This document shows positions 27,506 through 37,390 of a stretch of 64,000 nt of DNA, piece after piece; within the stretch, counting starts at the first letter, position 1, and each line of letters opens with the position of its first letter. The notes below the pieces were generated by a model, which did not search any database, had not been told where the DNA came from, and saw only the letters and a program-made list of their open reading frames with translations. The translations under genes and the position numbers were made by a program. The stretch spans positions 2,157 to 66,156 of the forward strand of contig JAQBQV010000002.1 in assembly GCA_028286825.1 (NCBI GenBank), written 5' to 3'. This DNA is from Parcubacteria group bacterium. Its GTDB lineage: Bacteria; Patescibacteriota; Minisyncoccia; Phycocordibacterales; Phycocordibacteraceae.

Positions 27506-30083
27506 CCGATGTACTTGTCCCACCGCTTACGTCCTGCAGCACGAACCCGCCGATCTGTTTGCCCGCGGCTCCAAGATCAGCAAGAGGAATGCTCACGGTC
27601 TTCCACGAGCCGGCGACAATACCACCACTTATATAGGGTGCGAGGTTTTTAGTAGTGAGCTTATTGCCGCTATCATCAAAGAAATACACTTGGAGGTTTT
27701 GTCCGCCTGCACCAACTCCCGCGATCGCAAAGGTGAGAGCTGATTTGCTGCTTATGTCCATCGGCGTATTGCTGTGGAGGAAGAGGCCTCCCCAGGCACT
27801 CGTGTACGCCACTTTGATAGCGTTACTCCCTTGATAAACCTGCGAAGTGTCAGAGAAGTTTTGAGTAGATCCCCATGACCAGTTTTCCCACCCAGTTGCG
27901 AGAGCGTCTTGATACAGGTTGAATGTAGGTCCACTTCCAGAATTCGATGTAAACGTAGCGATTTGATCGAACCACGTATAGAGGGGGCCCCAGCCGGGTT
28001 GAAAGACGCCAATCGATACTTTATAGGTCCCGCTGGCCGGTACCGGATAGGGATACGTAAACGTCTTTGCCGTACCAGCAAGAAACGATTGGTTGTCATA
28101 CACCTGTTGCCCGACCTTTGCTCCATCCTTGTAGATTTCCAAATCAACTAACGCATTAGCGTCGCCGCCAGAGTTCGTGATTGTTGCTGAGATGGTGTCA
28201 GTCGATCCTACGGACGGGTTAGGCGTTACTGTCGTCGACTGTGCGAATGCAGGGGGAGTGCTCGAGGCAGGCGCGCGGTTAAGTACTGTGATAGCGAGCG
28301 CCTGGTCAGTCCACTCGTAGACACCGGCCCACCCCAGTTTAAACAATCCGATCTTTGTCACGTAATTACCAACGGTAGGCGGTAGCCAGGAGAGCGTGTA
28401 CGTAGCCGTACCGTCAGTGGGAATCGTTTGATTGTCGTAAACTTGTTGCGCGATTTGTTTAGCAGACGAGTCGTAAATTTCCATATCGACAATGAAGGGC
28501 GACGTATCGCCGGTATTGCGAATGGTGGTTGTAATAGTTTCTTGGTGGCCAATCACTACGGGCGAAGGAGCGATGGTAGTGCTGACGTGTCGCGGAATGG
28601 GTACACCTGATTGTACTGAGCCAACAGAAATGTGTGTGCTCGCTTGCGAGCTAAGTGATCCGGTATCTGTAACCGTTACGGTCGCGGTGTAATTGCCATT
28701 ACCGTTATACGTATGGTTGACCGACACGCCAGTTGCTCCACTACCATCGCCGAAGTCCCAGGCATAGGAAAGCGCATTACCATCAGGATCGCTTGAGTTA
28801 GCAGCTGAGAAGTTTACGGTGAGCGGCGCCGAGCCTTGTGTCGGTGCTGCTGATACGGCTGCAACGGGAGGGCGATTGGTATTCGAATAAACCAGCTTGC
28901 GCAATTGGCCGACGTTAAGTGCCATGTACCAGAGGTTGCCGTCTGGGCCGATTAAGAAGTCGACCGGACCACCGGCGCCAGTAATGAAGTCAGTGACCGA
29001 GCTCACGGTATCATTCGAATTCAGAACCATTCGTTTAATATTGTCGTTACTATAGTCTCCAAAAAAATAGTTACCCGAGTACGGGGAGGGGTACGCGCTC
29101 GGGAATGCGCCGCCCATTACCGAGCCGGTACTCGTATTGTGGTCGAAGACATAGATCGGATAGGTAGGTTGAGAAGAAGCAGTACAGTTATAGGTCGTTG
29201 TCGCAAAGCCCTCTAAGCAAGGCCAACCGAAGTTCGCTCCCTTAAAGCCAATATAAATTGACTCCCACGCTCCCCAGCCCACCGCACCGATAAACATTTT
29301 ATTATCACTCGGGCGCCAGTTGAAACGAAACATATTGCGATCGCCAAGTGCCCATACCTTAGATTGATTGTCGTTTGGATTGCCCGTGAAAAACGGGTTA
29401 TCTGATGGACCCGTACCGTCGGTATTGATACGCACGAGTTTGCCGGCAAGCCATTTCGTATCTTGTGCCCCGTACGCTTCAGGATCAACTGAGAGGTAAC
29501 CCGCGCCGTCACCCAAGGACGCATACAGTTTTCCGTCGATACCGAAGCGAATCGCGCCCATTGAGTGAGTGTTCGCATCTGAAGCGATACAGTCAGAAGT
29601 TGTTGCAAAGTTCATACACGAAGGCTTCGAGGCGTCGCCACCGACGCTTCCCAGGATGATCACTTTAGTTGCGAGCGACGCGGTGTCTCCTGTGACCGTG
29701 AGGCGAATAATACGACCCGTCTTAGCGCCGGTATAATTTTGTCCCGGCGTGTTTTCATACGTGTATGCAATATAGAGAAACCCGTTTTGACCGAAGTTTG
29801 GATCAAGCGCGATACCTTCGACACCGCGATCAGCATAGTCGTTTACGTCGGTCAGCTGTACGACTGGTGCTGGCTGTAGGACACCGTTCTTCACGAGGCG
29901 GATCGCTCCAGACTTTTGTGCGATAAAAATGCGCCCGTCAGGCGCGAAGGCAAATGCAGTTGGCAGAGTTAGTCCGCTTACTACGGTACTCACTTGGAAG
30001 CCTGCGGGTACCGTCATAGCACTCGCTACAGGTGGCAACAGAAGGAGTAACGCGAATGCACTCATCGGTATAATTATTTTCAT
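27477..30083 (-). CDS. Secreted PQQ-dependent sugar dehydrogenase-like protein + PKD + 2 Ig-like + CBM-like domain
   Basis: LPTAFAFAPDGR; FGIDGKLY..GDG; DNPF; NFGWP; PKD SSDPDG..WDFGDG. Confidence 0.88.
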   Translation of the reverse strand: MKIIIPMSAFALLLLLPPVASAMTVPAGFQVSTVVSGLTLPTAFAFAPDGRIFIAQKSGAIRLVKNGVLQPAPVVQLTDVNDYADRGVEGIALDPNFGQNGFLYIAYTYENTPGQNYTGAKTGRIIRLTVTGDTASLATKVIILGSVGGDASKPSCMNFATTSDCIASDANTHSMGAIRFGIDGKLYASLGDGAGYLSVDPEAYGAQDTKWLAGKLVRINTDGTGPSDNPFFTGNPNDNQSKVWALGDRNMFRFNWRPSDNKMFIGAVGWGAWESIYIGFKGANFGWPCLEGFATTTYNCTASSQPTYPIYVFDHNTSTGSVMGGAFPSAYPSPYSGNYFFGDYSNDNIKRMVLNSNDTVSSVTDFITGAGGPVDFLIGPDGNLWYMALNVGQLRKLVYSNTNRPPVAAVSAAPTQGSAPLTVNFSAANSSDPDGNALSYAWDFGDGSGATGVSVNHTYNGNGNYTATVTVTDTGSLSSQASTHISVGSVQSGVPIPRHVSTTIAPSPVVIGHQETITTTIRNTGDTSPFIVDMEIYDSSAKQIAQQVYDNQTIPTDGTATYTLSWLPPTVGNYVTKIGLFKLGWAGVYEWTDQALAITVLNRAPASSTPPAFAQSTTVTPNPSVGSTDTISATITNSGGDANALVDLEIYKDGAKVGQQVYDNQSFLAGTAKTFTYPYPVPASGTYKVSIGVFQPGWGPLYTWFDQIATFTSNSGSGPTFNLYQDALATGWENWSWGSTQNFSDTSQVYQGSNAIKVAYTSAWGGLFLHSNTPMDISSKSALTFAIAGVGAGGQNLQVYFFDDSGNKLTTKNLAPYISGGIVAGSWKTVSIPLADLGAAGKQIGGFVLQDVSGGTSTSVSVDSIQLQ

Positions 30084-30223
30084 ACAGGTAAATCGCGCAG
30101 TATAAAGCTGCTTTAATAATCTGGTTTCGGGCCACCCCTTAACTCAACGGCTATCTTCACCCATACGCAATGAAGAAATACTGAACCGGGGTATACTAGG
30201 GGTATTACTGGTAACGGAGCTAT

Positions 30224-30784
30224 ATGAATAACAATCTGATTATTGGAGGTATTGTCGTAGTCGTAGTTCTCCTTGGAGGTGGGTACTATTTTATGCACCA
30301 GAACGGGGTTCAGTCAGTTGAGCAGACGAACGGCGTCGAAGGTTCCTCGTCAACCACGACCACAACTACTACGGTGAGCGGCGAGAAATTTAATGGTTCC
30401 TTTACAGAGCTCGCGAGCCGCACTGGCAGCTGGAAGTGTACGATTGATGCAACTGCATCGGGCACTGGCACCACTGGCACGACATACGTTTCGAGTGGGA
30501 AGGTTCGAGGTGATTTCACCACGAGTACGTCGAACAACGGGACGTTCGAGAGTCACTTAATCTCCGACGGGCAGTACTCATACACGTGGTCGTCGATGAT
30601 GCCGCAGGGTATCAAAATAAAGATGACAGCCGACCAAACTGGGATAGCAGCAAATGGTGCGACCAGCGGATCGGCGTCAAGTGCGAATTCGTCATATGCC
30701 TATAATTGCGAGCCATGGACAGCAGATGCGTCCCTCTTTGTAGCGCCAGCAAGTGTGACGTTTATGACTGTCCCTCAGCAGTAA
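30224..30784 (+). CDS. Membrane-anchored exported protein
   Basis: TM; KCT..G.TYVS.GKVRGDF..YTWS..C..W...F..P. Confidence 0.7.
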   Translation: MNNNLIIGGIVVVVVLLGGGYYFMHQNGVQSVEQTNGVEGSSSTTTTTTTVSGEKFNGSFTELASRTGSWKCTIDATASGTGTTGTTYVSSGKVRGDFTTSTSNNGTFESHLISDGQYSYTWSSMMPQGIKIKMTADQTGIAANGATSGSASSANSSYAYNCEPWTADASLFVAPASVTFMTVPQQ

Positions 30785-30810
30785 TCCGTTGTGTAAAGAG
30801 AGGAGGGAGT

Positions 30811-31035
30811 CTAGAGAAAATCTGGGCTCTCTTCTTTTTTACTATCCCAGAGTGGCTTATGCTCGCGACCCCACTTGAGCGGATCCTCTTCGTGCATCTT
30901 TTCCATCTCGGCAGTGGTTTCTGGGTGGGTAAGCATTACATGATCGGTCATGGTGCTTACCATCTCGTCCCACGTATCTGCTTGAAGCTCTTCTTCGCAC
31001 GGCCCGCCTAGTTCTCTGCAGGTCATCTTTTTCAT
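30811..31035 (-). CDS. DUF1059-like small protein
   Basis: MTCRELGGPC...H...H. Confidence 0.75.
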   Translation of the reverse strand: MKKMTCRELGGPCEEELQADTWDEMVSTMTDHVMLTHPETTAEMEKMHEEDPLKWGREHKPLWDSKKEESPDFL

Positions 31036-31119
31036 GTCACCGTAATTGCTATGAGTAATAACTGTAGTATTGGGGTTACTATATGAAGCTCTTGTGAGGC
31101 CTGTGCTACGCTTACTTCT

Positions 31120-31695
31120 GTGAAAGAAACTATAGCCATCATCGCTGCCTTACTCGCCATCGTCGGCAATGTACCTTACCTCCGGGACATTTTAAAAGGG
31201 AAGACTAAGCCACACCCCTACACATGGCTCGTGTGGACGATGGTCTCGTGCATTGTGTTTTTCGGACAGCTCGCTAAAGGAGCGGGGGTGGGTGCAATTC
31301 CAACTGCGGCTTCAGAGATTTTTACCGTACTCATCTTTCTCTTTTCGCTTAAGTACGGCTTTAAGGACATCACGAAGACCGACACTTTTTTCCTCGCCAT
31401 CGCGCTTCTCGGTATTATCCCGTGGGTGCTCACTCACGATCCTACACTCTCAGTGATCATTGCGGTGACAATCGATCTTATCGCTTTTCTTCCGACGATA
31501 CGAAAGACGTGGAACTTCCCGAGTACCGAGACCCCACTCCTTTATAGTATGAACGTCTTTCGGCACATTCTCGCGCTCTTTTCGCTTGAGGCATACAACA
31601 TCGCGACCACGCTTCACTCCTTCGCAATGATCGTGACCAATTCGCTTGTCACGGGCATCATACTTCTCAAGCGGCGCACAAAAGGCAGCAAATAG
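31120..31695 (+). CDS. Multi-pass membrane protein
   Basis: PYLRDILKGKTKP..TW; PTIRKTW..P..E. Confidence 0.75.
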   Translation: MKETIAIIAALLAIVGNVPYLRDILKGKTKPHPYTWLVWTMVSCIVFFGQLAKGAGVGAIPTAASEIFTVLIFLFSLKYGFKDITKTDTFFLAIALLGIIPWVLTHDPTLSVIIAVTIDLIAFLPTIRKTWNFPSTETPLLYSMNVFRHILALFSLEAYNIATTLHSFAMIVTNSLVTGIILLKRRTKGSK

Positions 31696-31709
31696 TGTAT
31701 ACAGGGGAT

Positions 31710-32462
31710 ATGGCAGAGAACAAAACATCATGGGGTAAGGTAGCAGACTGGTACAGCGACTACCTCGGACAAGAGGATACGTATCAGCGCAAAGTGATTC
31801 TGCCAAACCTGCTCCGTATACTTGCTCCCCAGAGAGGCGAGCGTATTCTAGACCTCGGTTGCGGCCAAGGCTTCTTTGCCGCGGAGGTGGTCAAATCTGG
31901 CGCGGCAGTTGTCGGCGCTGATATCGCTCCTGAGCTCATCAGAGAAGCAGCGGCAAACGTGAAAGACGCTACATTCTTCGAAGCACCGGCAGCTAATCTC
32001 GCGTTTGCGCATGACGCTAGTTTTGATGCAGCGTACTCGGTCCTCGCCCTTCAAAACATCGAAGATCTCGGTGCAGTCTTTATTGAACTCAAGCGCGTGC
32101 TCAAGCCAGGCGGACGCTGTATCGCCGTCGTGAATCACCCAGCGTTCCGCGTGCTCAAGCGGTCGAGCTGGGGTTGGGACGAGAAGGGCGGCGTGCAGTA
32201 TCGCCGCGTCGACGGTTATCTATCAGGAGCGACGGTACGCATTGACATGCACCCGGGAGAGCGCGAGTCACAGAAGACAATCTCGTATCACCGCTCGCTC
32301 CAAGACCTTTTTAAATCATTTACAAAAAGCGGGTTAGCCGTGACCCGTCTTGAAGAGTGGATTTCCCATAAGTCGAGTGAGACGGGTCCGCGCCAATCGG
32401 CAGAGGATGCAGCGAGAAAAGAGATACCGCTCTTTATGGCGCTCGAAATGCGGGTTCTCTAA
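31710..32462 (+). CDS. Class I SAM-dependent methyltransferase
   Basis: ILDLGCGQG; RVLKPGG; NHPAF. Confidence 0.9.
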   Translation: MAENKTSWGKVADWYSDYLGQEDTYQRKVILPNLLRILAPQRGERILDLGCGQGFFAAEVVKSGAAVVGADIAPELIREAAANVKDATFFEAPAANLAFAHDASFDAAYSVLALQNIEDLGAVFIELKRVLKPGGRCIAVVNHPAFRVLKRSSWGWDEKGGVQYRRVDGYLSGATVRIDMHPGERESQKTISYHRSLQDLFKSFTKSGLAVTRLEEWISHKSSETGPRQSAEDAARKEIPLFMALEMRVL

Positions 32463-32465
32463 GGT

Positions 32466-33206
32466 ATGTATCTCACTGACGATGTGGCGAAGCAGAAAGT
32501 GCTTGCTGAGAAATATGGGGGAGTAGTGAGCGACGGTTATCGCGCCGATTGCGCGCGGATCGATTCTCATGAGCCTTGGGAATACATTCTCGGCTACGCT
32601 GACTTCTTAGGCTGTAAAATTGATCTCTCGTATAAGCCGATGGTCCCGCGCGATGAGACAGCCTTTTGGGTACAGCGCGTCATCGAAGAGTGGAAGGGTG
32701 CTGGAGCGATCAAAGCCATCGATCTCTACGCAGGCTCAGGGAACATCGGCGTTGCACTCTTGAAGCACTTGCCAGATGCGCTGGTCACGTTTAACGAAAT
32801 TGACGCCGCGCTCATGCCTCAGATTGCTACATCAATCACAGTGAATGGTATCGACGCTTCTAGGGCAACACTCATCGCGGGGAACAGTTTAGAAAAAATC
32901 ACGGGCACCTTTGATGTGATCTGTGCAAATCCGCCATATGTCGATCCTAGGGGCGAGGCGAACATGGATCCTGAAATGCGCTTTGAACCGCACATCGCTT
33001 TCTTCGGCTCGAAGGACGGCTTTGGCCACCACCGCGAACTTATTAGGGAAGGGAAGAAGTATTTGACCCCTCAGGGAGTTCTCTGCGTTGAGTGTGACAT
33101 GACCCAAGTTGATGAATTAAAAAAGATTCTCGAGAGCACCGATTGGAATTGGCAGTTTTGGAATGATCCGTATGGCCACGAAGGAGTGATGGTGCTCCGC
33201 CCATAG
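32466..33206 (+). CDS. prmC: Release factor glutamine methyltransferase (HemK family)
   Basis: EPWEYILG; VPRDET; DLYAGSG; NPPY; EPHIA. Confidence 0.85.
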   Translation: MYLTDDVAKQKVLAEKYGGVVSDGYRADCARIDSHEPWEYILGYADFLGCKIDLSYKPMVPRDETAFWVQRVIEEWKGAGAIKAIDLYAGSGNIGVALLKHLPDALVTFNEIDAALMPQIATSITVNGIDASRATLIAGNSLEKITGTFDVICANPPYVDPRGEANMDPEMRFEPHIAFFGSKDGFGHHRELIREGKKYLTPQGVLCVECDMTQVDELKKILESTDWNWQFWNDPYGHEGVMVLRP

Positions 33207-33249
33207 TAAAAACAAAACTGGCGGCCTTTGGCCGCCAGTCACCTTGTTG

Positions 33250-33690
33250 CTATTGTATCGATCGCGATCTTTTTCTATTTGCTTGCAATAGGTGGAAGTA
33301 TTGTCGTTCGCTTGACGACAAGCAACGCAGCTTCGTGTACACAAACTCACGCTGTCGTCGCGCCCGCACCTCAATGACATATTCGAAAATCACGAGGAGA
33401 ATCAGCGTCCCCATAAGCCAGGTCGGTGGCCGGTAAAACCAGCCGACAACAACAATTGCTGTGCTGCCCAAGAACAGGCGACCTCTGCGTGAAGTTGCGT
33501 TTTGTTCGGTAGCGCTCATAGCGAGCTCGAGGTCTTCTATATATTGTTCTCGATTTGTGTCCGGATGGCGTATCGTTGATAAAATGTCGTGAACGATACT
33601 TCGATTGTGGTAGAGGCCTATGGCGAAATCGAACAGAAAGAACAGTGCGATCACCAAGGCCGCTTTATGGAGTGCTAGATAGCTCAACAT
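33250..33690 (-). CDS. Hypothetical membrane protein
   Basis: Three hydrophobic segments; GAGGAG SD upstream. Confidence 0.6.
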   Translation of the reverse strand: MLSYLALHKAALVIALFFLFDFAIGLYHNRSIVHDILSTIRHPDTNREQYIEDLELAMSATEQNATSRRGRLFLGSTAIVVVGWFYRPPTWLMGTLILLVIFEYVIEVRARRQREFVYTKLRCLSSSERQYFHLLQANRKRSRSIQ

Positions 33691-33800
33691 AGGGTCTCCT
33701 CGGTTAATGTCTTCGACCTCATTAAGGTACCTGCGGAGAAAAAGGTGTCAAGTTACCGTTCACTGGCAAAACAGAGGAGAGTCGGTATAGTGAGGCTCTA

Positions 33801-35339
33801 ATGCCACCGACCGCTATCTCAGCTGAGGAACACAAGGGGATTATGGTGATTATGGGCGCCTTAATGCTCACCCTTCTCTTAGCTGCTCTCGACCAGACCA
33901 TTGTCTCAACAGCGCTCCCGCGGATCGCGAGCGACTTTAACGCGCTCAATGAGCTCTCATGGGTTGTCACATCCTATCTGCTGGCAAGCGCAGTAACGAC
34001 TCCCATCTACGGCAAATTAAGCGATCTCTACGGGCGTAAAAAGATGCTCTCCGTCGCGATCATTCTCTTTCTTATCGGTTCTGTTCTTGCGGGGGCTTCT
34101 CAAAGCATTCTGCAGCTGATCATATTTCGCGGCGTGCAAGGTCTCGGTGCCGGAGGGCTTATCACACTCGTGATCGCAGCGATCGGCGACGTGGTTGCGC
34201 CGCGGCATCGCGGTAAGTACCAGGGCTACTTCGGTGCGGTGTTTGGTATCGCGAGCGTGATTGGACCCCTCTTGGGCGGTCTCTTTACCGACACGCTTTC
34301 GTGGCGCTGGATTTTCTACATCAATATCCCGCTCGGGCTTCTCGCACTCGGGGCGATCTATTTTCGCCTTCCGGCGCATAAGTATCACCGTGAACACTCG
34401 ATCGATTACTTTGGTACAGGACTCCTCTCGACCAGTATTGTTTCGCTTCTCCTTGTGGCCGTCTGGGGCGGTTCCACCTACGCCTGGGATTCGGTAATGA
34501 TTTTCTTTCTTGGTGGGCTCTGTGTAGTGACAGGCGCACTCTTTGTCTGGTGGGAAGGAAAGTCTAAGGAGCCGCTTATCCCGCTTACTCTTTTTAAGAA
34601 CTCCGTCTTCCTCGTGTCGTCCTTGCTCGCACTTATTTCTGGTATGGCCATGTTTGCGGCAATTATCTACCTGCCTGAATACCAGCAAGTGGTGCGCGGA
34701 TATTCAGCGACAAAGTCAGGGCTACTCATGCTCCCCTTAGTGCTCGGGCTGATGCTTGCCTCGGTTAGCTCGGGGCGCATCATCTCGCGCACCGGCAAAT
34801 ACCGTGTATTTCCGATTATAGGAACCGTCCTCACTGCGTATGGTATTTGGCTCCTGAGCCATGTCGGTATAGATACCAGTCAGTGGATTATTTCTATCTG
34901 GATGTTTATCACGGGCGCGGGTATCGGCTTCTCGATCCAGGTAACCACGCTCGCGGTACAAAACGCGGTTCACCCCAGAGACATCGGAACAGCTACGTCG
35001 ACCGTCACCTTTGCGCGTAGTATCGGCAGTACGATCGGCACGGCGCTTCTTGGCGCGCTTCTGATCTCACGCTTCGGTACGCACTTACAGGAAGCACTAC
35101 CAGGTGGCGTCTCGGGCTTCGCGGCAAACAAAGGCCTCAGCCTGGCGCAGATCAGCGCTCTCCCGCCGTCGATCGCTCTCCCGGTGCTTGAGGCGTTCGC
35201 CGCTTCTTTTAGAGATGTCTTCTTCTGGTCGCTTCCATTTGTCGCGGCAGCGTTTGTGGTCGCACTCTTCCTTAAGGAAATGCCGCTTCGTTCCCATTCG
35301 CAGGAGTACGCCGAGGGAGAGGGTTTCAGTCTTGAATAG
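33801..35339 (+). CDS. MFS DHA2 (EmrB/QacA) drug efflux transporter
   Basis: [31 protein letters not shown]; many TMs. Confidence 0.93.
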   Translation: MPPTAISAEEHKGIMVIMGALMLTLLLAALDQTIVSTALPRIASDFNALNELSWVVTSYLLASAVTTPIYGKLSDLYGRKKMLSVAIILFLIGSVLAGASQSILQLIIFRGVQGLGAGGLITLVIAAIGDVVAPRHRGKYQGYFGAVFGIASVIGPLLGGLFTDTLSWRWIFYINIPLGLLALGAIYFRLPAHKYHREHSIDYFGTGLLSTSIVSLLLVAVWGGSTYAWDSVMIFFLGGLCVVTGALFVWWEGKSKEPLIPLTLFKNSVFLVSSLLALISGMAMFAAIIYLPEYQQVVRGYSATKSGLLMLPLVLGLMLASVSSGRIISRTGKYRVFPIIGTVLTAYGIWLLSHVGIDTSQWIISIWMFITGAGIGFSIQVTTLAVQNAVHPRDIGTATSTVTFARSIGSTIGTALLGALLISRFGTHLQEALPGGVSGFAANKGLSLAQISALPPSIALPVLEAFAASFRDVFFWSLPFVAAAFVVALFLKEMPLRSHSQEYAEGEGFSLE

Positions 35340-35385
35340 ATCCTTCATCAGACGTTCGTTCTCGCGTATCGTATACTACTAGTCT

Positions 35386-35877
35386 ATGCAAAAAATTACC
35401 CCGTTCATGTGGTTCGATAAAAGCGCCGAAGAAGCGATCAATTTTTATACCTCGCTTTTTCCGGATTCAAAGATTGTAAGTATTGCGCGCTATCCTGATG
35501 GTCCGCTCGAAGGTCCCATGAAAGGTATGGAAGGGAAGGTGCTTACCGCCGTCTTTGAGCTCTTTGGACAGCGGTTTATGGCGATTGATGGGGGTCCGGC
35601 GCTTCAGCCAAGCGGCGCAGTATCTTTTTATGTCGACTGTAAAGATCAGGAAGAAGTCGATACGTATTGGAATGCGCTTGCAGAAGGAGCCGATCCGGAA
35701 AGTCAGCAATGCGGCTGGATTAAAGACAAGTACGGTTTCTCGTGGCAAATTATTCCAAAGCAGCTTCCAGAACTGTTAACGGATTCAGACAAAGAAAAGG
35801 CTGGTCGCGTGATGGCTGCTATGATGCAGATGAAAAAGATCGACGTCGCTAAGCTCGAGGAGGCCTATAACGCATAA
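35386..35877 (+). CDS. VOC family (3-demethylubiquinone-9 3-methyltransferase-like) protein
   Basis: KITPFMWF..AEEA.NFY; CGWIKDKYGFSWQI. Confidence 0.88.
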   Translation: MQKITPFMWFDKSAEEAINFYTSLFPDSKIVSIARYPDGPLEGPMKGMEGKVLTAVFELFGQRFMAIDGGPALQPSGAVSFYVDCKDQEEVDTYWNALAEGADPESQQCGWIKDKYGFSWQIIPKQLPELLTDSDKEKAGRVMAAMMQMKKIDVAKLEEAYNA

Positions 35878-35895
35878 GACAGGTATACTGAGGAG

Positions 35896-36531
35896 ATGAT
35901 GCGGGCAATCCTTTATGCGGCCGCAGCGCTTGCTGCCTTCATTATTCTGACCAACCTGCTTGTAGATGTGGGTACTCGCAGGTACATCTATACGACTGTG
36001 GCAGATGCGCCCATCGCGCAGGTTGTGTTGATCCCAGGTGCTCCTTTGACTGCAAGCGGAGAGCTTACTCCCGTGTTTGTTGATCGGGTGAATACGGCGA
36101 TCGCGCTGTATGAGAGCAAAAAAGTAAGAAAGATTCTCGTCTCGGGCGACAACGGTACCGTTGATCACAATGAAGTGAATGCAGTCCTTGTATATCTCTT
36201 GGGGAAGGGGGTGCCCGGCGAAGACATCTTTCTTGATCATGCCGGTTTCGACACCTACAGCAGCATGTACCGCGCCAAGTACATCTTCGGTGTCTCGTCG
36301 CTCATCGTCGCGTCGCAGACTTTCCACTTGCCGCGCGCCGTGTTTATTGGGCGTGAACTCGATCTTGTCACCTACGGAGTGAGTGCAGACGAAGGTTCGG
36401 TACTCATGCGCAATTATGTGCGCGAAGTTTTTGCAAACGAGAAGGCAGTGTTTGATTTGGTCGTGCATACGCAGCCGAAATATTTGGGAGAGACGATCCC
36501 GATAACGGGCGACGGGCGCAATTACCCATAA
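35896..36531 (+). CDS. SanA/YdcF (DUF218) protein
   Basis: DRV..A..LY; LVSGDN; DHAGFDTYSS; FHLPRA; RE. Confidence 0.88.
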   Translation: MMRAILYAAAALAAFIILTNLLVDVGTRRYIYTTVADAPIAQVVLIPGAPLTASGELTPVFVDRVNTAIALYESKKVRKILVSGDNGTVDHNEVNAVLVYLLGKGVPGEDIFLDHAGFDTYSSMYRAKYIFGVSSLIVASQTFHLPRAVFIGRELDLVTYGVSADEGSVLMRNYVREVFANEKAVFDLVVHTQPKYLGETIPITGDGRNYP

Positions 36532-36648
36532 CTCATCTTGGGTTGAGTAGGGGAGCTATACTGCTAGTGTCGGGCTGTAAGCACCGATGTGAGTAATCGT
36601 CTCATGAGGTGGGAGACGAACGTTTTCATAGACTGAGAGGAGTACACA

Positions 36649-36816
36649 ATGAATCAAGCCGAGGAGAGCAGTACCGGTAATGTGCAAAAGTCGCCAGACG
36701 AATCGACCAAAAAAGAGGCAAACTCGTCCTCGCCTGAGGCGCGTGAGTCGTGGGAGCAGTATCGGATGAGTGTCGAACAGGAGCGGGCACGGCTCTATTC
36801 AAGCCAGCTCAGCTGA
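36649..36816 (+). CDS. 55-aa hypothetical protein (below ORF track cutoff)
   Basis: GAGGAG SD; MNQAEESS...ESWEQYRMSVEQERARLYSSQLS*; followed by terminator. Confidence 0.5.
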   Translation: MNQAEESSTGNVQKSPDESTKKEANSSSPEARESWEQYRMSVEQERARLYSSQLS

Positions 36817-36836
36817 TCGCAATCAGTAACACCACC

Positions 36837-36862
36837 AAAAGGCGGCCCCGAGCCGCCTTTTT
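36837..36862 (+). terminator. Intrinsic terminator
   Basis: AAAAGGCGGC-cccga-GCCGCCTTTTT. Confidence 0.8.
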
Positions 36863-36872
36863 ATTAGGTTTA

Positions 36873-36901
36873 TTGACATTTGTTTAACCCTGATATAATA
36901 T
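36873..36901 (+). promoter_or_regulatory. Sigma70-type promoter
   Basis: TTGACA...TGaTATAAT(AT). Confidence 0.7.
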
Positions 36902-36992
36902 CTATTTATCGACCCAAGTGGCCGATTTTGTTTTTCTAAAGGCACGTTGTCTTTAGGAGCGTCAATCCGAACCTTCAAGAGGAGATACACCA

Positions 36993-37295
36993 ATGGCTTC
37001 AAAAACGAATCAGCCTGTGCCGCTTAAGACCGCGGTTGTACTGGTCATTCACGGTGACATGCGGAAAGTACCGATCCCGGAGGGAATGAAGCCGGTGCCG
37101 GGTTTCGGCCTCGATGGTGTTACGCCGGTGCAGCCCCTCTATATGGGCACGAGTCCGGGCTATATCGACCAGGTTTTCATCGGTGACACTCACTTCAATC
37201 CTATCCTGGCCGATGCCGATAAGTTGTTCGTCGCAGCGCAGGAAGCGGCGCGCCTGAAAGGTTTTCACCTGATGGCGACCCGCATGCGAAACTGA
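36993..37295 (+). CDS. Hypothetical protein
   Basis: GAGGAG SD; promoter upstream; hairpin downstream. Confidence 0.6.
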   Translation: MASKTNQPVPLKTAVVLVIHGDMRKVPIPEGMKPVPGFGLDGVTPVQPLYMGTSPGYIDQVFIGDTHFNPILADADKLFVAAQEAARLKGFHLMATRMRN

Positions 37296-37390
37296 GCTTT
37301 CGCAAGGCAGCTACGACAAGGATCGCACTGAGCACTGCAGGCAGAACCCTCCGGGGCTCTGCCTGTATTCTTTTGGTATACTTTTCTCAT

